A stretch of 64,000 nt of DNA, taken from positions 7,168,001 through 7,232,000 of the forward strand of contig OY970303.1 of assembly GCA_963716255.1 (NCBI GenBank), in the 5' to 3' direction. The notes beneath the pieces are model-generated. The model ran no database searches. It worked only from the letters and a program-made list of their open reading frames with translations, and was not told where the DNA came from. Positions 9,676-18,761 of this stretch are shown here, piece after piece. The stretch comes from an uncultured Gemmatimonadales bacterium (GTDB lineage: Bacteria; Gemmatimonadota; Gemmatimonadetes; Longimicrobiales; Longimicrobiaceae). Numbering within the stretch: position 1 is the stretch's first letter; each line of letters opens with the position of its first letter. The position numbers and the translations under genes were made by a program.

Positions 9676-9830
9676 GGGTTCGGGCGTGCCCCCGGCTGGC
9701 GCCGGGGTCGGGCTTCGGCTCCGTAACGCACGAAACAACCGTGCGTAACGGAGTCGAGCCCCGGCAAACTGCCGCCGGGTCTCGCCCCTTCGGGCCGAAA
9801 TCCCTCACGCGGGTTTTGTGCTGGCGTCCG
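9676..9830 (-). repeat. Structured repeat family A, copy 2
   Basis: Reverse complement of the family A consensus. Confidence 0.95.
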
Positions 9831-9840
9831 CGAGACCGGG

Positions 9841-9896
9841 CCCCCTCACCCCCCGGCCCCCTCTCCCCCGCAAGCGGGGGAAAGGGGGAGAACTGC
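9841..9896. repeat. BoxC-like palindrome (family B)
   Basis: CCCCCTCACCCCCCGGCCCCCTCTCCCCCGCAAGCGGGGGAAAGGGGGAG followed by AACTGC; the 50-mer matches 17131-17180. Confidence 0.85.
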
Positions 9897-9963
9897 ACGG
9901 CATCCTTGCCTTCGGCGCTCTGATGATGGAGCCTGATCTACACGGAATTCGCATGAGAGCGGG

Positions 9964-10956
9964 ATGAAGGCGTTCGTGACGGGCGGGACGGGGTTCGTGG
10001 GGACCCCTTTCGTGCGGCGGCTGGTGGCCGACGGGTGGGACGTGGCGCTGCTGTCGCGACGCGCCCTGGCGGAGCCGCGCGCGGACGGCGTGCGCGTGTA
10101 CCGGGGGGAGCTCGCGGACCCCGCGGCGCTGCGCCGCGTGGCCGAGCGCGAGGAGCGCTTCGACGTGGTGTTCCACCTGGGCGCGTCGATCGCCTACTTC
10201 GGGCGGGACGAGGAGCTGGCGCGCGCCAACGTGGAAGGGACGCGGAACGCCCTGGAGCTGGCCCGCCGCACGGGCGCCGGACGCTTCGTGTACGCCAGCA
10301 GCATCGAGGCGGTGGGCACGGTGGACCGCGTCCCGGCGCCGGCCGACACCCCCTGCCGCCCCGTGAGCCCGTACGGCCGCAGCAAGGTGCTCGCCGAGGC
10401 GCTGGTGCGCCGCGAGTCCGAGGGCAACTTCGGCCACGCGATACTCCGCATCGGCAACGTGTACGCGTCGGACCACTCCAGCTTCGTGGTGGAGGTGGCC
10501 GAGGCGATCCTCCAGCGGAACCGCCTGCTGGAGTTCCTTCCCAGCTACGCCGAGCACTGCATTCACCCCGTGCACACCCTGGACGTCACCGAGGGGCTGC
10601 TCGCCGCCGCCCGCGCCGCGACCCCCGCCGCCACCGCGACGCTGGCCGGCGAGTGGGCGAGCATGGGCGAGCTGTTCGCGATCTGCGGCGCGGAGCTGGG
10701 CCGCATCGTCCCGCCGCGCCGGGCGGGGCGCGGCGACGCCCTGTACCTGCGGGTGCGGGCGCGCTACCACCGGCGCAGGCGGCAGATGGACCTGATCACC
10801 TACCTGATGACGGGGACCGGCCGCCGGGTGCACCGGGCGTACGACCTGGAGCCCGCCCGCGCGGCGTTCGGCTTCGTGCCGCGCGTGACGCTGCGCCAGG
10901 GGGTGGCCGAGGCGCTGGCCTGGGCCCGCCGCGCCGGCGTGCTGGAGGCCGCGTGA
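9964..10956 (+). CDS. NAD-dependent epimerase/dehydratase (extended SDR)
   Basis: TGGTGFVG, NVEGT and YGRSK motifs. Confidence 0.9.
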   Translation: MKAFVTGGTGFVGTPFVRRLVADGWDVALLSRRALAEPRADGVRVYRGELADPAALRRVAEREERFDVVFHLGASIAYFGRDEELARANVEGTRNALELARRTGAGRFVYASSIEAVGTVDRVPAPADTPCRPVSPYGRSKVLAEALVRRESEGNFGHAILRIGNVYASDHSSFVVEVAEAILQRNRLLEFLPSYAEHCIHPVHTLDVTEGLLAAARAATPAATATLAGEWASMGELFAICGAELGRIVPPRRAGRGDALYLRVRARYHRRRRQMDLITYLMTGTGRRVHRAYDLEPARAAFGFVPRVTLRQGVAEALAWARRAGVLEAA

Positions 10957-10963
10957 AACGGCA

Positions 10964-11170
10964 CCCCTCACCCCCCGGCCCCTCCCCGCAAGGGGGAGGG
11001 GAAAACGGCAACAACGGCCCTCACCCGGCTCGCTTTAGGCTCGCCACCCGGGTCCTTCATCCGGTTCACACGAAGCGTGAAGCGCCATTCTGGGAGTGGG
11101 GGCAACTGCGGGGTCGGTGCTGTGCTCCCCCTCTCCCGCTTGCGGGGGAGGGGGCCGGGGGGAGGGGGCC
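10964..11170. repeat. Cluster of three BoxC-like palindromes; the middle one (11018-11103) carries a loop insert
   Basis: Units at 10964-11001, 11018-11103 and 11125-11170 (the last inverted). Confidence 0.8.
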
Positions 11171-11174
11171 CCTG

Positions 11175-11326
11175 CGGACGCCAGCGCGATGCCCGCGTGA
11201 GGGATTACGGCCCGAAGGGGCGAGACCCGCGGGCAGTTTCGCGGGGCTCGACTCCGTTACGCACGGTCGTTTCGTGCGTTACGGAGCCGAAGCCCGACCC
11301 CCGCGCCCCGCGGGGGGCACGCCCGA
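11175..11326 (+). repeat. Structured repeat family A, copy 3
   Basis: Matches the family A consensus. Confidence 0.95.
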
Positions 11327-11350
11327 CTCCAGCAGTTCCAAGGTGCCGTC

Positions 11351-12475
11351 ATGAAGCCGGTGCGGGTGGGGCTGATCACCACGCTGGGCAGGAACATCGG
11401 CGACGACCTGATCCGCGAGGGCGTGAAGCGCGTGGTGGCCGCGGCGATGGGCGGCCGGGAGATCGAGTGGGTGATGGTGGACAAGCACTGGCCGCTCACC
11501 GTGTACCCGGAGTGGCACCCGGTCCGGCTGGCGCTCCGCCTGCCGCGCGGCAAGGGCCCGGCGCAGACGCTGGCGCGCACCCTGCTGCACCCGCTGCCGT
11601 TCTCGCGCTTCGACGCGTGCGACCTGGTGGTGCAGTGCGGCGCGCCGGTGCTCTGGCCGGGGAGCCACCGCTCGGAGTGGGCGAAGCCGCTCATGCGCGA
11701 GGTGGTGGGACGCGTGGCCGCGCGCGGGATCCCGGTGCTCAACCTGGCGGCGGGGTCGTGCTACCCCTGGGAGGCGCGCGCCGAGCGGATCGACGACCCG
11801 GCGGAGGCGGCGTACGTGCGGCGCACCCTCGCCGACTGCCGGCTCACCACCGCCCGCGACACCCTGGCCCGCGACCTGTACGCGTCGGTGGGCGCCGACG
11901 TCCCGCTGCTGCGCTGCACCGCGTTCGTGTCCCCGCGCGGCCACGCCGCCGCGGAGCGCGACGACCGCCTGGTGCTGGTGAACTACATGGCCGGGGCGGG
12001 GCACTACGACTGGGACCAGGCGGTGGACGGCGGCGGCTGGGAGGCGACCATGCGGGTCGTCATCGAGCGGCTGCGGGAGCGCCGGCGGGTCGCCTTCCTC
12101 TGCCACACGCCCGCCGAGTACGAGCTGGCGGGGAGGCTGGACCCGTCGCTCCCGCGGCTCCTCCCGCGCACCCCGGCGGAGTACTTCGCGGCCGTGTCCT
12201 CGGCGGCGGGGGCGGTGTGCAACCGCATGCACGCATCGGTGGCGCTGGCGGGGATGGGGATCCCCTCTGTGGCCATCGGCACGGACACGCGGCTGCTGAT
12301 GGTGGACGCGGTGGACGTCCCGGCGCTGTACGTCAAGGACGCCACCGCGGAGCGGGTGCTGGACGAGCTGGAGACGGGGATGGCGCGGCGCGGCGAGGCG
12401 CGGGACCGCCTGCTCGCCGCCAGCGACGAGACGTGGAGCGCGTATGTCGCAGCGGTCGGCGCGGCGCTCGCCTGA
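11351..12475 (+). CDS. Polysaccharide pyruvyl transferase family protein
   Basis: NIGDDLI near the N-terminus, TARD and NRMHA motifs. Confidence 0.8.
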   Translation: MKPVRVGLITTLGRNIGDDLIREGVKRVVAAAMGGREIEWVMVDKHWPLTVYPEWHPVRLALRLPRGKGPAQTLARTLLHPLPFSRFDACDLVVQCGAPVLWPGSHRSEWAKPLMREVVGRVAARGIPVLNLAAGSCYPWEARAERIDDPAEAAYVRRTLADCRLTTARDTLARDLYASVGADVPLLRCTAFVSPRGHAAAERDDRLVLVNYMAGAGHYDWDQAVDGGGWEATMRVVIERLRERRRVAFLCHTPAEYELAGRLDPSLPRLLPRTPAEYFAAVSSAAGAVCNRMHASVALAGMGIPSVAIGTDTRLLMVDAVDVPALYVKDATAERVLDELETGMARRGEARDRLLAASDETWSAYVAAVGAALA

Positions 12476-13628
12476 CCCCGCGGAGGTCCGCAGCGTCCTG
12501 GTGCTGCGGCCCGACAACCTGGGGGACGTGGTGCTCTTTTCCGGGGCGCTGCGCCACCTCCGCGCGCACTATCCCCGCGCGGAGATCACGCTGTGCGTGC
12601 GGCGCTACGTGCGCGACCTGGTGGCGCTCTGCCCGCACGTGGACCGCGTGCTGGACTGGGAAGCGCTGCACGAGCCGCTCCTGGGCGCGCTCCCCGCCTT
12701 CCCGGGGCGGGGGAGGCTGGACGCGGCGCTCCGCTTCGTCCGGCACCGCCTGCGGCTCCGCCCCGACCTCCTGCTCGTTCCCGTGCGCTCGCCCACCGAC
12801 GGGATCCACCAGGTGGCGTGGGCGGCGGGCGCGCGCGCGCGCTTCGCGGTCGCGGGCGACGCCTCCAACGCGGGCGAGGCGTGGACGCGCCGCGCCGCGG
12901 GGGGCTGCGATGGCGTCCTGCGCCTGGACGCATCGCGCCGCGGCGACCACGACCTGCGGGTCACCCGCGACTTCCTCGCGCTGCTGGGCATCGAGGTCGC
13001 CGCGGACGAGCTGCGCCCGGAGCTGTGGACCTCGCCGGAGGACCGCCGCTGGGCCGAGGCCGCCGTGCCGCGCGTGGCGGGCGCGGCGACGCTGGCGATC
13101 GCGCCCGGGGTCACGGCGCCGGCCGGGAAGCTGTACCCGCCGGACAAGCTGGCCCGCGCCGTCGCGCTCGCGGGGGAGGGGCCGCTCCGGGTGGTGCTCT
13201 TCGGGAGCGCGGGGGAGGCGGCGCTCTGCGCGGAGCTTGCCGGCCGCCTGGCCGCGGTCCCGGGTGTGGCGGCGGTGGCGGACCTGTCGGGGCGCACCAC
13301 GGTGCGGCAGATGGTGGAGGGGATCCGCCGCTGCGACCTGTTCCTGGGGCCCGACGCCGGGGCGCTGCACGTGGCCGTGGCGCTGGGCCTGCCCACGGTG
13401 GGGATCGTGGGCGGCGGGCACTGGGGCCGCTTCCAGCCCTGGGGCGACCCCGCGCGGAACCACGTCTGCACGGTGCCGCTGGAGTGCTTCGGCTGCGACT
13501 GGAGCTGCCGCTACGACACGGTCCGCTGCGTGGCGGAGGTGACGCCGGAGGCGGTGGCCCGGGCGCTGCGGGCGGCCCTGCGCGCCGTGCCGGGGCGCGC
13601 GGAGTCCGTGCCGGAGGCCGTCCCGTGA
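12444..13628 (+). CDS. GT9 (ADP-heptose transferase family) glycosyltransferase
   Basis: RPDNLGDVVL, DLSGRTT and GPDAGALHVAVALG motifs. Exact start uncertain. Confidence 0.85.
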   Translation: MSQRSARRSPDPAEVRSVLVLRPDNLGDVVLFSGALRHLRAHYPRAEITLCVRRYVRDLVALCPHVDRVLDWEALHEPLLGALPAFPGRGRLDAALRFVRHRLRLRPDLLLVPVRSPTDGIHQVAWAAGARARFAVAGDASNAGEAWTRRAAGGCDGVLRLDASRRGDHDLRVTRDFLALLGIEVAADELRPELWTSPEDRRWAEAAVPRVAGAATLAIAPGVTAPAGKLYPPDKLARAVALAGEGPLRVVLFGSAGEAALCAELAGRLAAVPGVAAVADLSGRTTVRQMVEGIRRCDLFLGPDAGALHVAVALGLPTVGIVGGGHWGRFQPWGDPARNHVCTVPLECFGCDWSCRYDTVRCVAEVTPEAVARALRAALRAVPGRAESVPEAVP

Positions 13629-14635
13629 CCGCCGTTCCCACGCTCCGCGACCTCCCCCCGCCGCCGCCGGGGCGGACGGGGTGGCCGTGGACGGAGGCGC
13701 CGCCCCCCGCGCCCGCCACCCTCCCGGACGGGTCGCCGTGGCCGCGCATCACCCTGGTGACTCCGTCCTTCAACCAGGGCGCGTTCATCGAGGAAACCAT
13801 TCGCTCCGTCCTCCTGCAGGGCTATCCCGCCCTGGAGTACCGGGTCTTCGACGGGGGGAGCACGGACGGGACGACGGAGGTCCTGCGCCGCTACGAGCCC
13901 TGGCTGGCCGGCTGGACGAGCGGCCCCGACCGCGGGCAGACGCACGCCATCGCCAAGGGGCTGGACGCGGCGACGGGCGAGCTGTTCAACTGGATCAACT
14001 CGGACGACCACCTCGCCCCCGGGGCGCTGCACGAGGTGGGGCGGGTGTGGGCGCGGGAGAGGCCCCACCTGCTGGCGGGGCGCGGCCTGACGCTGGACGC
14101 TGCGGACCGCGGCCCCGTCCACGACTGGCGCCCCCGCGCGCCCCGGCGCCCCACCGACTTCCTGCGGCCGCACGCCGTGGTCCTGGCGCAGCCCGCCACC
14201 TTTCTGTGCACGGCCATGCTGCGGGAGATCGGGGGGGTGCGCGAGGAGCTGCACTACGTGATGGACTGGGAGCTGTACCTGCGCGCCACCCTGCGCCTGC
14301 GCGGGCGGTTGCGCACGGCGGAGACGCAGGCGCTGCTCGCGGTCGCCCTCCAGCACCCCGCCGCGAAGACCACGGCCCGGCCCGCCGCCTTCGGCGACGA
14401 GGCGCGGCGCGTGGTGCGGGAGAGCCGGCCGCTGTGGCGGCGCGGCGAGTGGGCGCGGATGGCCTCGCGGCTCCGCAGGATGGAGGCGCAGGCCGCGGTG
14501 GGCGAGGCGCTGGAGGGCGCCGCCTCCCCGCTGGCTGCCATCGCGCGGCTCCCCCTGCGCTACCCCGACGTCGTGTGGTCGCGCTTCTGGTGGGGCGGGC
14601 TCCGCCGGGCGCTGGCCCGCCCCGCGCGGCCGTGA
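13625..14635 (+). CDS. GT2 glycosyltransferase
   Basis: GWPW...PRITLVTPSFNQG, DGGSTD, WINSDD and MDWEL motifs. Confidence 0.92.
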   Translation: MTAVPTLRDLPPPPPGRTGWPWTEAPPPAPATLPDGSPWPRITLVTPSFNQGAFIEETIRSVLLQGYPALEYRVFDGGSTDGTTEVLRRYEPWLAGWTSGPDRGQTHAIAKGLDAATGELFNWINSDDHLAPGALHEVGRVWARERPHLLAGRGLTLDAADRGPVHDWRPRAPRRPTDFLRPHAVVLAQPATFLCTAMLREIGGVREELHYVMDWELYLRATLRLRGRLRTAETQALLAVALQHPAAKTTARPAAFGDEARRVVRESRPLWRRGEWARMASRLRRMEAQAAVGEALEGAASPLAAIARLPLRYPDVVWSRFWWGGLRRALARPARP

Positions 14636-16002
14636 GCGCCCCCGCCCCGGAGCGCGCCCCCAGGCGGGTCCTCGTCGTCAGCTACCACTTTCTCCCCGTG
14701 CACAACGTGGCGGTGAAGCAGCTCGCCGGCTACTGCCGCCACCTCCCCGCCTCCGGGTGGAGCCCGGTGGTCCTGTCGCGCGACTGGAGCGCGGGGCTCG
14801 CGGCGGAGGACGCCGGCTGGGGGCTGAGCTTCGTCGACCAGCCCCCCGGGGTGCCGGTGGTCACCGCGCCGCGCGCCGGGCCGCGGGGGGCGCTGCTGGC
14901 GCTGCACGACCGGCTGGGCCGCGCCACCGCGTCCGGCGCGCACCCCGCGAAGCGCGCCCTGCTGACGCCGCTGCGCAGGGCGATGTCGGCCGCGTGGCCG
15001 CTCTTCGGGCGGTACCCGGACGATCTCACCGGGTGGATCCGCGGGGCGGTGGAGGCCGGCGCCCGGGCCGTCCGGGAGCACGGGGCGGACGCCATCCTGA
15101 GCACCTGTCCGCCGGCCGTGAACCACGTGGTGGCGAGCCGGCTCGCGCGGCGCACGGGGCTCCCCTGGGTGCCGTACTTCGGCGACCTGTACAACTTCTA
15201 CGTGGGCCCGGGCGACTGGCACGGCACCCGCCACCGCCGCGCGCTGGCGACGGCGCTCCACCGCCGCTGGCTCGCCCCCGCGTCGCGGGCGCTGGCGGTG
15301 TCGCCGCGGATGGCGCGCCTGGTGGAAGCGCTGTACGGGGTGCCCGGCGAGGTGGTGGTGGTGGGGTTCGACGAGGAGGACTTCGCGGGGGAGGCGCCCG
15401 CGAGGACGGACGGAAAGCTGCGCCTGGCCCACGTGGGCTCCATCTACCCCGGCGACCAGCGCCCCGAGATGCTGTTCGAAGCGCTGGACCGGGTGATCGC
15501 CGCCGCGCCCGGAGTCGTGGACGACCTGGAGGTGGCGCTGGTGGGATCGCGCTGCGAGGACCGGCTGCGCGCCCTGCTGGAGGGGCGCCCCTGCGCGCGC
15601 GTCTGCCACGTGCGCCCCGGGGTGCCGCCCGACGAGGCGGTGCGTCTGCAGCGCGCCGCCGACGTCCTCCTCCTGTGCAACCTGACCTCGCAGCGGGATC
15701 ACGGCACGCTGAGCTACCCGTCCAAGCTGTGGGAGTACCTCGCCGCCGGGCGCCCGGTCCTCGCCTTTCCCGCCGACGGCGACTTCGTGGACGCGACCCT
15801 GCGCGACACGGGCGGCGGCGGGACGGCCGACGGCGCGGACGAGCTGGCCGCCGTGCTGGCCGGGTGGCACGCGGCGTGGAAAGCGGGGCGGGGGATCCCG
15901 TACGCGCCCCGTCCGGAGCGAGTGGCGCGGTACTCCCGGCGCCGGCAGGCGGAGCGCATCGCCGCGGCGCTGGACGGCGCGTGCGCGGCCGGCGGGCGCT
16001 GA
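14632..16002 (+). CDS. GT4-like glycosyltransferase
   Basis: VLVVSYHF, HVGSIY and PSKLWEYLAAGRP motifs. Confidence 0.85.
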   Translation: MSAPAPERAPRRVLVVSYHFLPVHNVAVKQLAGYCRHLPASGWSPVVLSRDWSAGLAAEDAGWGLSFVDQPPGVPVVTAPRAGPRGALLALHDRLGRATASGAHPAKRALLTPLRRAMSAAWPLFGRYPDDLTGWIRGAVEAGARAVREHGADAILSTCPPAVNHVVASRLARRTGLPWVPYFGDLYNFYVGPGDWHGTRHRRALATALHRRWLAPASRALAVSPRMARLVEALYGVPGEVVVVGFDEEDFAGEAPARTDGKLRLAHVGSIYPGDQRPEMLFEALDRVIAAAPGVVDDLEVALVGSRCEDRLRALLEGRPCARVCHVRPGVPPDEAVRLQRAADVLLLCNLTSQRDHGTLSYPSKLWEYLAAGRPVLAFPADGDFVDATLRDTGGGGTADGADELAAVLAGWHAAWKAGRGIPYAPRPERVARYSRRRQAERIAAALDGACAAGGR

Positions 16003-16003
16003 G

Positions 16004-16948
16004 ATGCCCCGGGTCTCCGTCGTCGTCCCGTCGTACAACTACGCGGCGTACGTGGGGACGTGCCTGGCGAGCGTCCTGGGCCAGCGCGGCTTCGCCGACC
16101 TGGAAGTGGTGGTGGTGGACGACGGCTCCACGGACGGCTCGCGCGAGGTGATCGCCGCGTTCCTGGACGACCCGCGGGTGGTGCTCGTGGCGCACGAGGG
16201 CAACCGGGGGCACGTCCGCGCCGTGAACGAGGGCCTGCGCCGCGCCACGGGGGAGTACGTGGCGCGCGTGGACGCGGACGACTTCTGGGACCCGGAGTTC
16301 CTGGCGCGGACCGTCCCCGTGCTGGACGCGGACCCCGCGGTGGGGATGGTGCACACCAACTACCGGCTGGTGGACGGCGACGGGCGGGTGACGAGCGCGC
16401 GCGGAGCCAACATCCCGTACGCGGACGGCTTCCGGGGCGACCCGCTCCCCTGGCTCCTGTTCGACAACTACGTCCCCCCCGCGGGCGCGCTCTTCCGGCG
16501 CGCGGCGCTGGAACTGATCGGGGGCGAGTTCTCCGAGGACGTCCCCTACTCCGAGGACTGGCGGCTCTGGCTGGCGGTGGCGCGCCGCCACCCGGTGGCC
16601 TACGTGGACGCGCCGCTCGCCGCCTACCGGGTGCACGGCCGCAACCTGCACTCGGCGCTCCAGCGCACCCGCCGCGCCGAGGAAGCCGAGCGCCGCATCC
16701 TGGACGAGGTGTTCGCGGACCCGCTCCTGGCGCCGGAGCACCGGGTTCTGCGGGGGCGGGTGTACGCCCGGCACGCGCGCCGCCACGCGGACGGGTACTT
16801 CGGGTTCGGCGACCGGGCGGAGTGTCGCCGCTGTCTGCGCCAGGCGGTTCGGCATAACGCTGCCACGGTGCTGGAGGCGGGGTTCTGGAAGCGGTACCTG
16901 CTGGCGTCGCTGCCGGAGGGGGTGTACCGGGTTCTGAAACGGGGTTGA
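16004..16948 (+). CDS. GT2 glycosyltransferase
   Basis: VSVVVPSYN, VDDGSTD, VDADD and EDW motifs. Confidence 0.93.
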   Translation: MPRVSVVVPSYNYAAYVGTCLASVLGQRGFADLEVVVVDDGSTDGSREVIAAFLDDPRVVLVAHEGNRGHVRAVNEGLRRATGEYVARVDADDFWDPEFLARTVPVLDADPAVGMVHTNYRLVDGDGRVTSARGANIPYADGFRGDPLPWLLFDNYVPPAGALFRRAALELIGGEFSEDVPYSEDWRLWLAVARRHPVAYVDAPLAAYRVHGRNLHSALQRTRRAEEAERRILDEVFADPLLAPEHRVLRGRVYARHARRHADGYFGFGDRAECRRCLRQAVRHNAATVLEAGFWKRYLLASLPEGVYRVLKRG

Positions 16949-16965
16949 ACGGCGGATTGGACGGC

Positions 16966-17120
16966 GGGTTCGGGCGTGCCCCCGGCTGTCGCCGGGGTCG
17001 GGCTTCGGCTCCGTAACGCAGCAAACAACGCTGCGTAACGGAGTCGAGCCCGCGCAAACGGCCGCGCGGTCTCGCCCCTTCGGGCCGAAATCCCTCACGC
17101 GGGGTGGACGCTGGCGTCCG
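16966..17120 (-). repeat. Structured repeat family A, copy 4
   Basis: Reverse complement of the family A consensus. Confidence 0.95.
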
Positions 17121-17130
17121 CGGGGGTGGT

Positions 17131-17691
17131 CCCCCTCACCCCCCGGCCCCCTCTCCCCCGCAAGCGGGGGAAAGGGGGAGCACGGCGACGGCGACCCCCT
17201 CCCCCGGCCCCTCCCCGCAAGGGGGAGGGGAGAGCTACGTGGTGGAGGTCGGGTTCCGGACGAGCCTCCGGCCCTCACCCCCGGCCCCCTCTCCCTTCCT
17301 ACGGTGCACGCGAAGCGTGCGGCGCCATGCCGGGAGAGGGGGAGCACGACACAGCGAATGCCGAGGGTCAGGAAGCCCTCCCCCAGAATTGGGGGAGGGT
17401 GGCGAGCCTCAAGCGAGCCGGGTGGGGGCACACCGACGACGCGGTACGATCTCCGCCCACGCACGAGCAAAGCCCCTCCCTCGCCTGGAAGCACCGGAGC
17501 GTGGTGAGCCAGAGCACGACACCATGGAGCGCGAAGAGCGCCAGCGTGGAGATTCCCCTCTCCCGGAACGGGGGAGGGTGGCGAGCCTGAGCGAGCCGGG
17601 TGGGGGCGCTCGCAGACGCAGCTTGATGCCTGCGACACGCACGAGAAAAAGCCCCTCCCCCAGAAATGGGGGAGGGGTTGGGGAGGGGGCC
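17131..17691. repeat. Array of six BoxC-like palindromes (three forward, three inverted)
   Basis: Forward units at 17131-17180, 17195-17233 and 17272-17345; inverted units at 17376-17429, 17555-17607 and 17652-17691. Confidence 0.8.
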
Positions 17692-17696
17692 CGCCG

Positions 17697-17853
17697 CGGA
17701 CGCCAGCGCGAGCCCCGCGTGAGGGATTTCGGCCCGAAGGGGCGAGACCCCGCGGGCAGTTTCGCGGGGGCTCGACTCCGTTGCAGACGGTCGTTTCGTC
17801 TGCTACGGAGCCGAAGCCCGACCCGAGCGCCAGCGAGGGGCACGCCCGAACCC
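17697..17853 (+). repeat. Structured repeat family A, copy 5
   Basis: Matches the family A consensus. Confidence 0.95.
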
Positions 17854-17867
17854 GCCGTCACAGCAGT

Positions 17868-18761
17868 TCAAGCCGGCTTCCGCAGCACCAGGCACGCCAG
17901 GTACGGCTTGCGGCACTCCGCCAGCGGTCGCGGCGGCGACAGAAAGATCCGCGAGAGCGGGTAGTACCAGAGACCCCAGACGAGCTTCTGGCGCCCGGTG
18001 CGGTTGACGTAGTGGGCCATGCGCGTGTGCGGGTCGGCGGAGAAGCGGCGCTCCTCCACGAACTCCAGGGACGCCACCTCCAGCCCGGACGGCGCCACGA
18101 GGTTGCGGTGCAGCGTGGCCTCGTCGTAGAAGCGCTGGAAGAAGATCCGCTCGCCCCGCTCGGCTTCGCGCTCGTACACCGCGCCGGCGCGGTACTCGGC
18201 GAAATACTCGCGGGCGAAGGGCACGGTGAGCACGGCCACGCCGCCGGGCGCCAGCACGCGCCCCAGCTCGCGCGCGGCGGGGACGTCGCCGTCGGCCTCG
18301 GGGGCGATGTGCTCGAACACGCTCACCGAGGTGACCAGGTCGAAGGCGCCGTCCGGGTACCCCAGCGTCCGCGCGTCCGCCGGCTCCGCGGCGAGGTTCG
18401 CCAGCTCCAGCTGCTCCGCGGCGGCCCGCGCCCAGCGCACCTCGTCGTCCACGATGTCGGTGGCGCGGACGTCGGCCCCGGGGAGCGCGGCGGCCAGGGT
18501 GACCGGGAGGAGCTTCGGGCTGGAAAGGTCGAGGACCGCGCGGGGGGCGGGCATGAAGCGCCGCACGGCCGCCAGCGCGAACTCCAGCTCGCGCCAGCGC
18601 ACGTAGTCGATGGGGGTCAGCCACGCGACCAGGTTGGGGGGATAGCGCACCAGCCCCGCCAGGCGGCGCAGCTTCCCGCGCAGGGGGCGGGGCCAGCGCG
18701 AGCCCAGCCGCACGCCCAGCCGGTACGCGCTCCACAGGTCGAGGCCCACGGGCGGGCTCAC
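17868..18761 (-). CDS. Class I SAM-dependent methyltransferase
   Basis: VLDLSSPK, ADARTLGYPDGAFD, SVFEH and VLAPGG motifs. GTGA overlap with the upstream gene. Confidence 0.85.
   Translation of the reverse strand: MSPPVGLDLWSAYRLGVRLGSRWPRPLRGKLRRLAGLVRYPPNLVAWLTPIDYVRWRELEFALAAVRRFMPAPRAVLDLSSPKLLPVTLAAALPGADVRATDIVDDEVRWARAAAEQLELANLAAEPADARTLGYPDGAFDLVTSVSVFEHIAPEADGDVPAARELGRVLAPGGVAVLTVPFAREYFAEYRAGAVYEREAERGERIFFQRFYDEATLHRNLVAPSGLEVASLEFVEERRFSADPHTRMAHYVNRTGRQKLVWGLWYYPLSRIFLSPPRPLAECRKPYLACLVLRKPA

Noticed and set aside
11175..11350. Family A as a riboswitch or 5' leader
   Set aside because: Five copies precede start codons, but six point into gene 3' ends. I recognise no aptamer or ribozyme core (e.g. 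no CUGANGA/GAAA).
17104..17964. ORFs inside the 920-bp spacer as a transposase or nuclease
   Set aside because: They are low-complexity translations of repeats with no HUH, DDE or nuclease motif.
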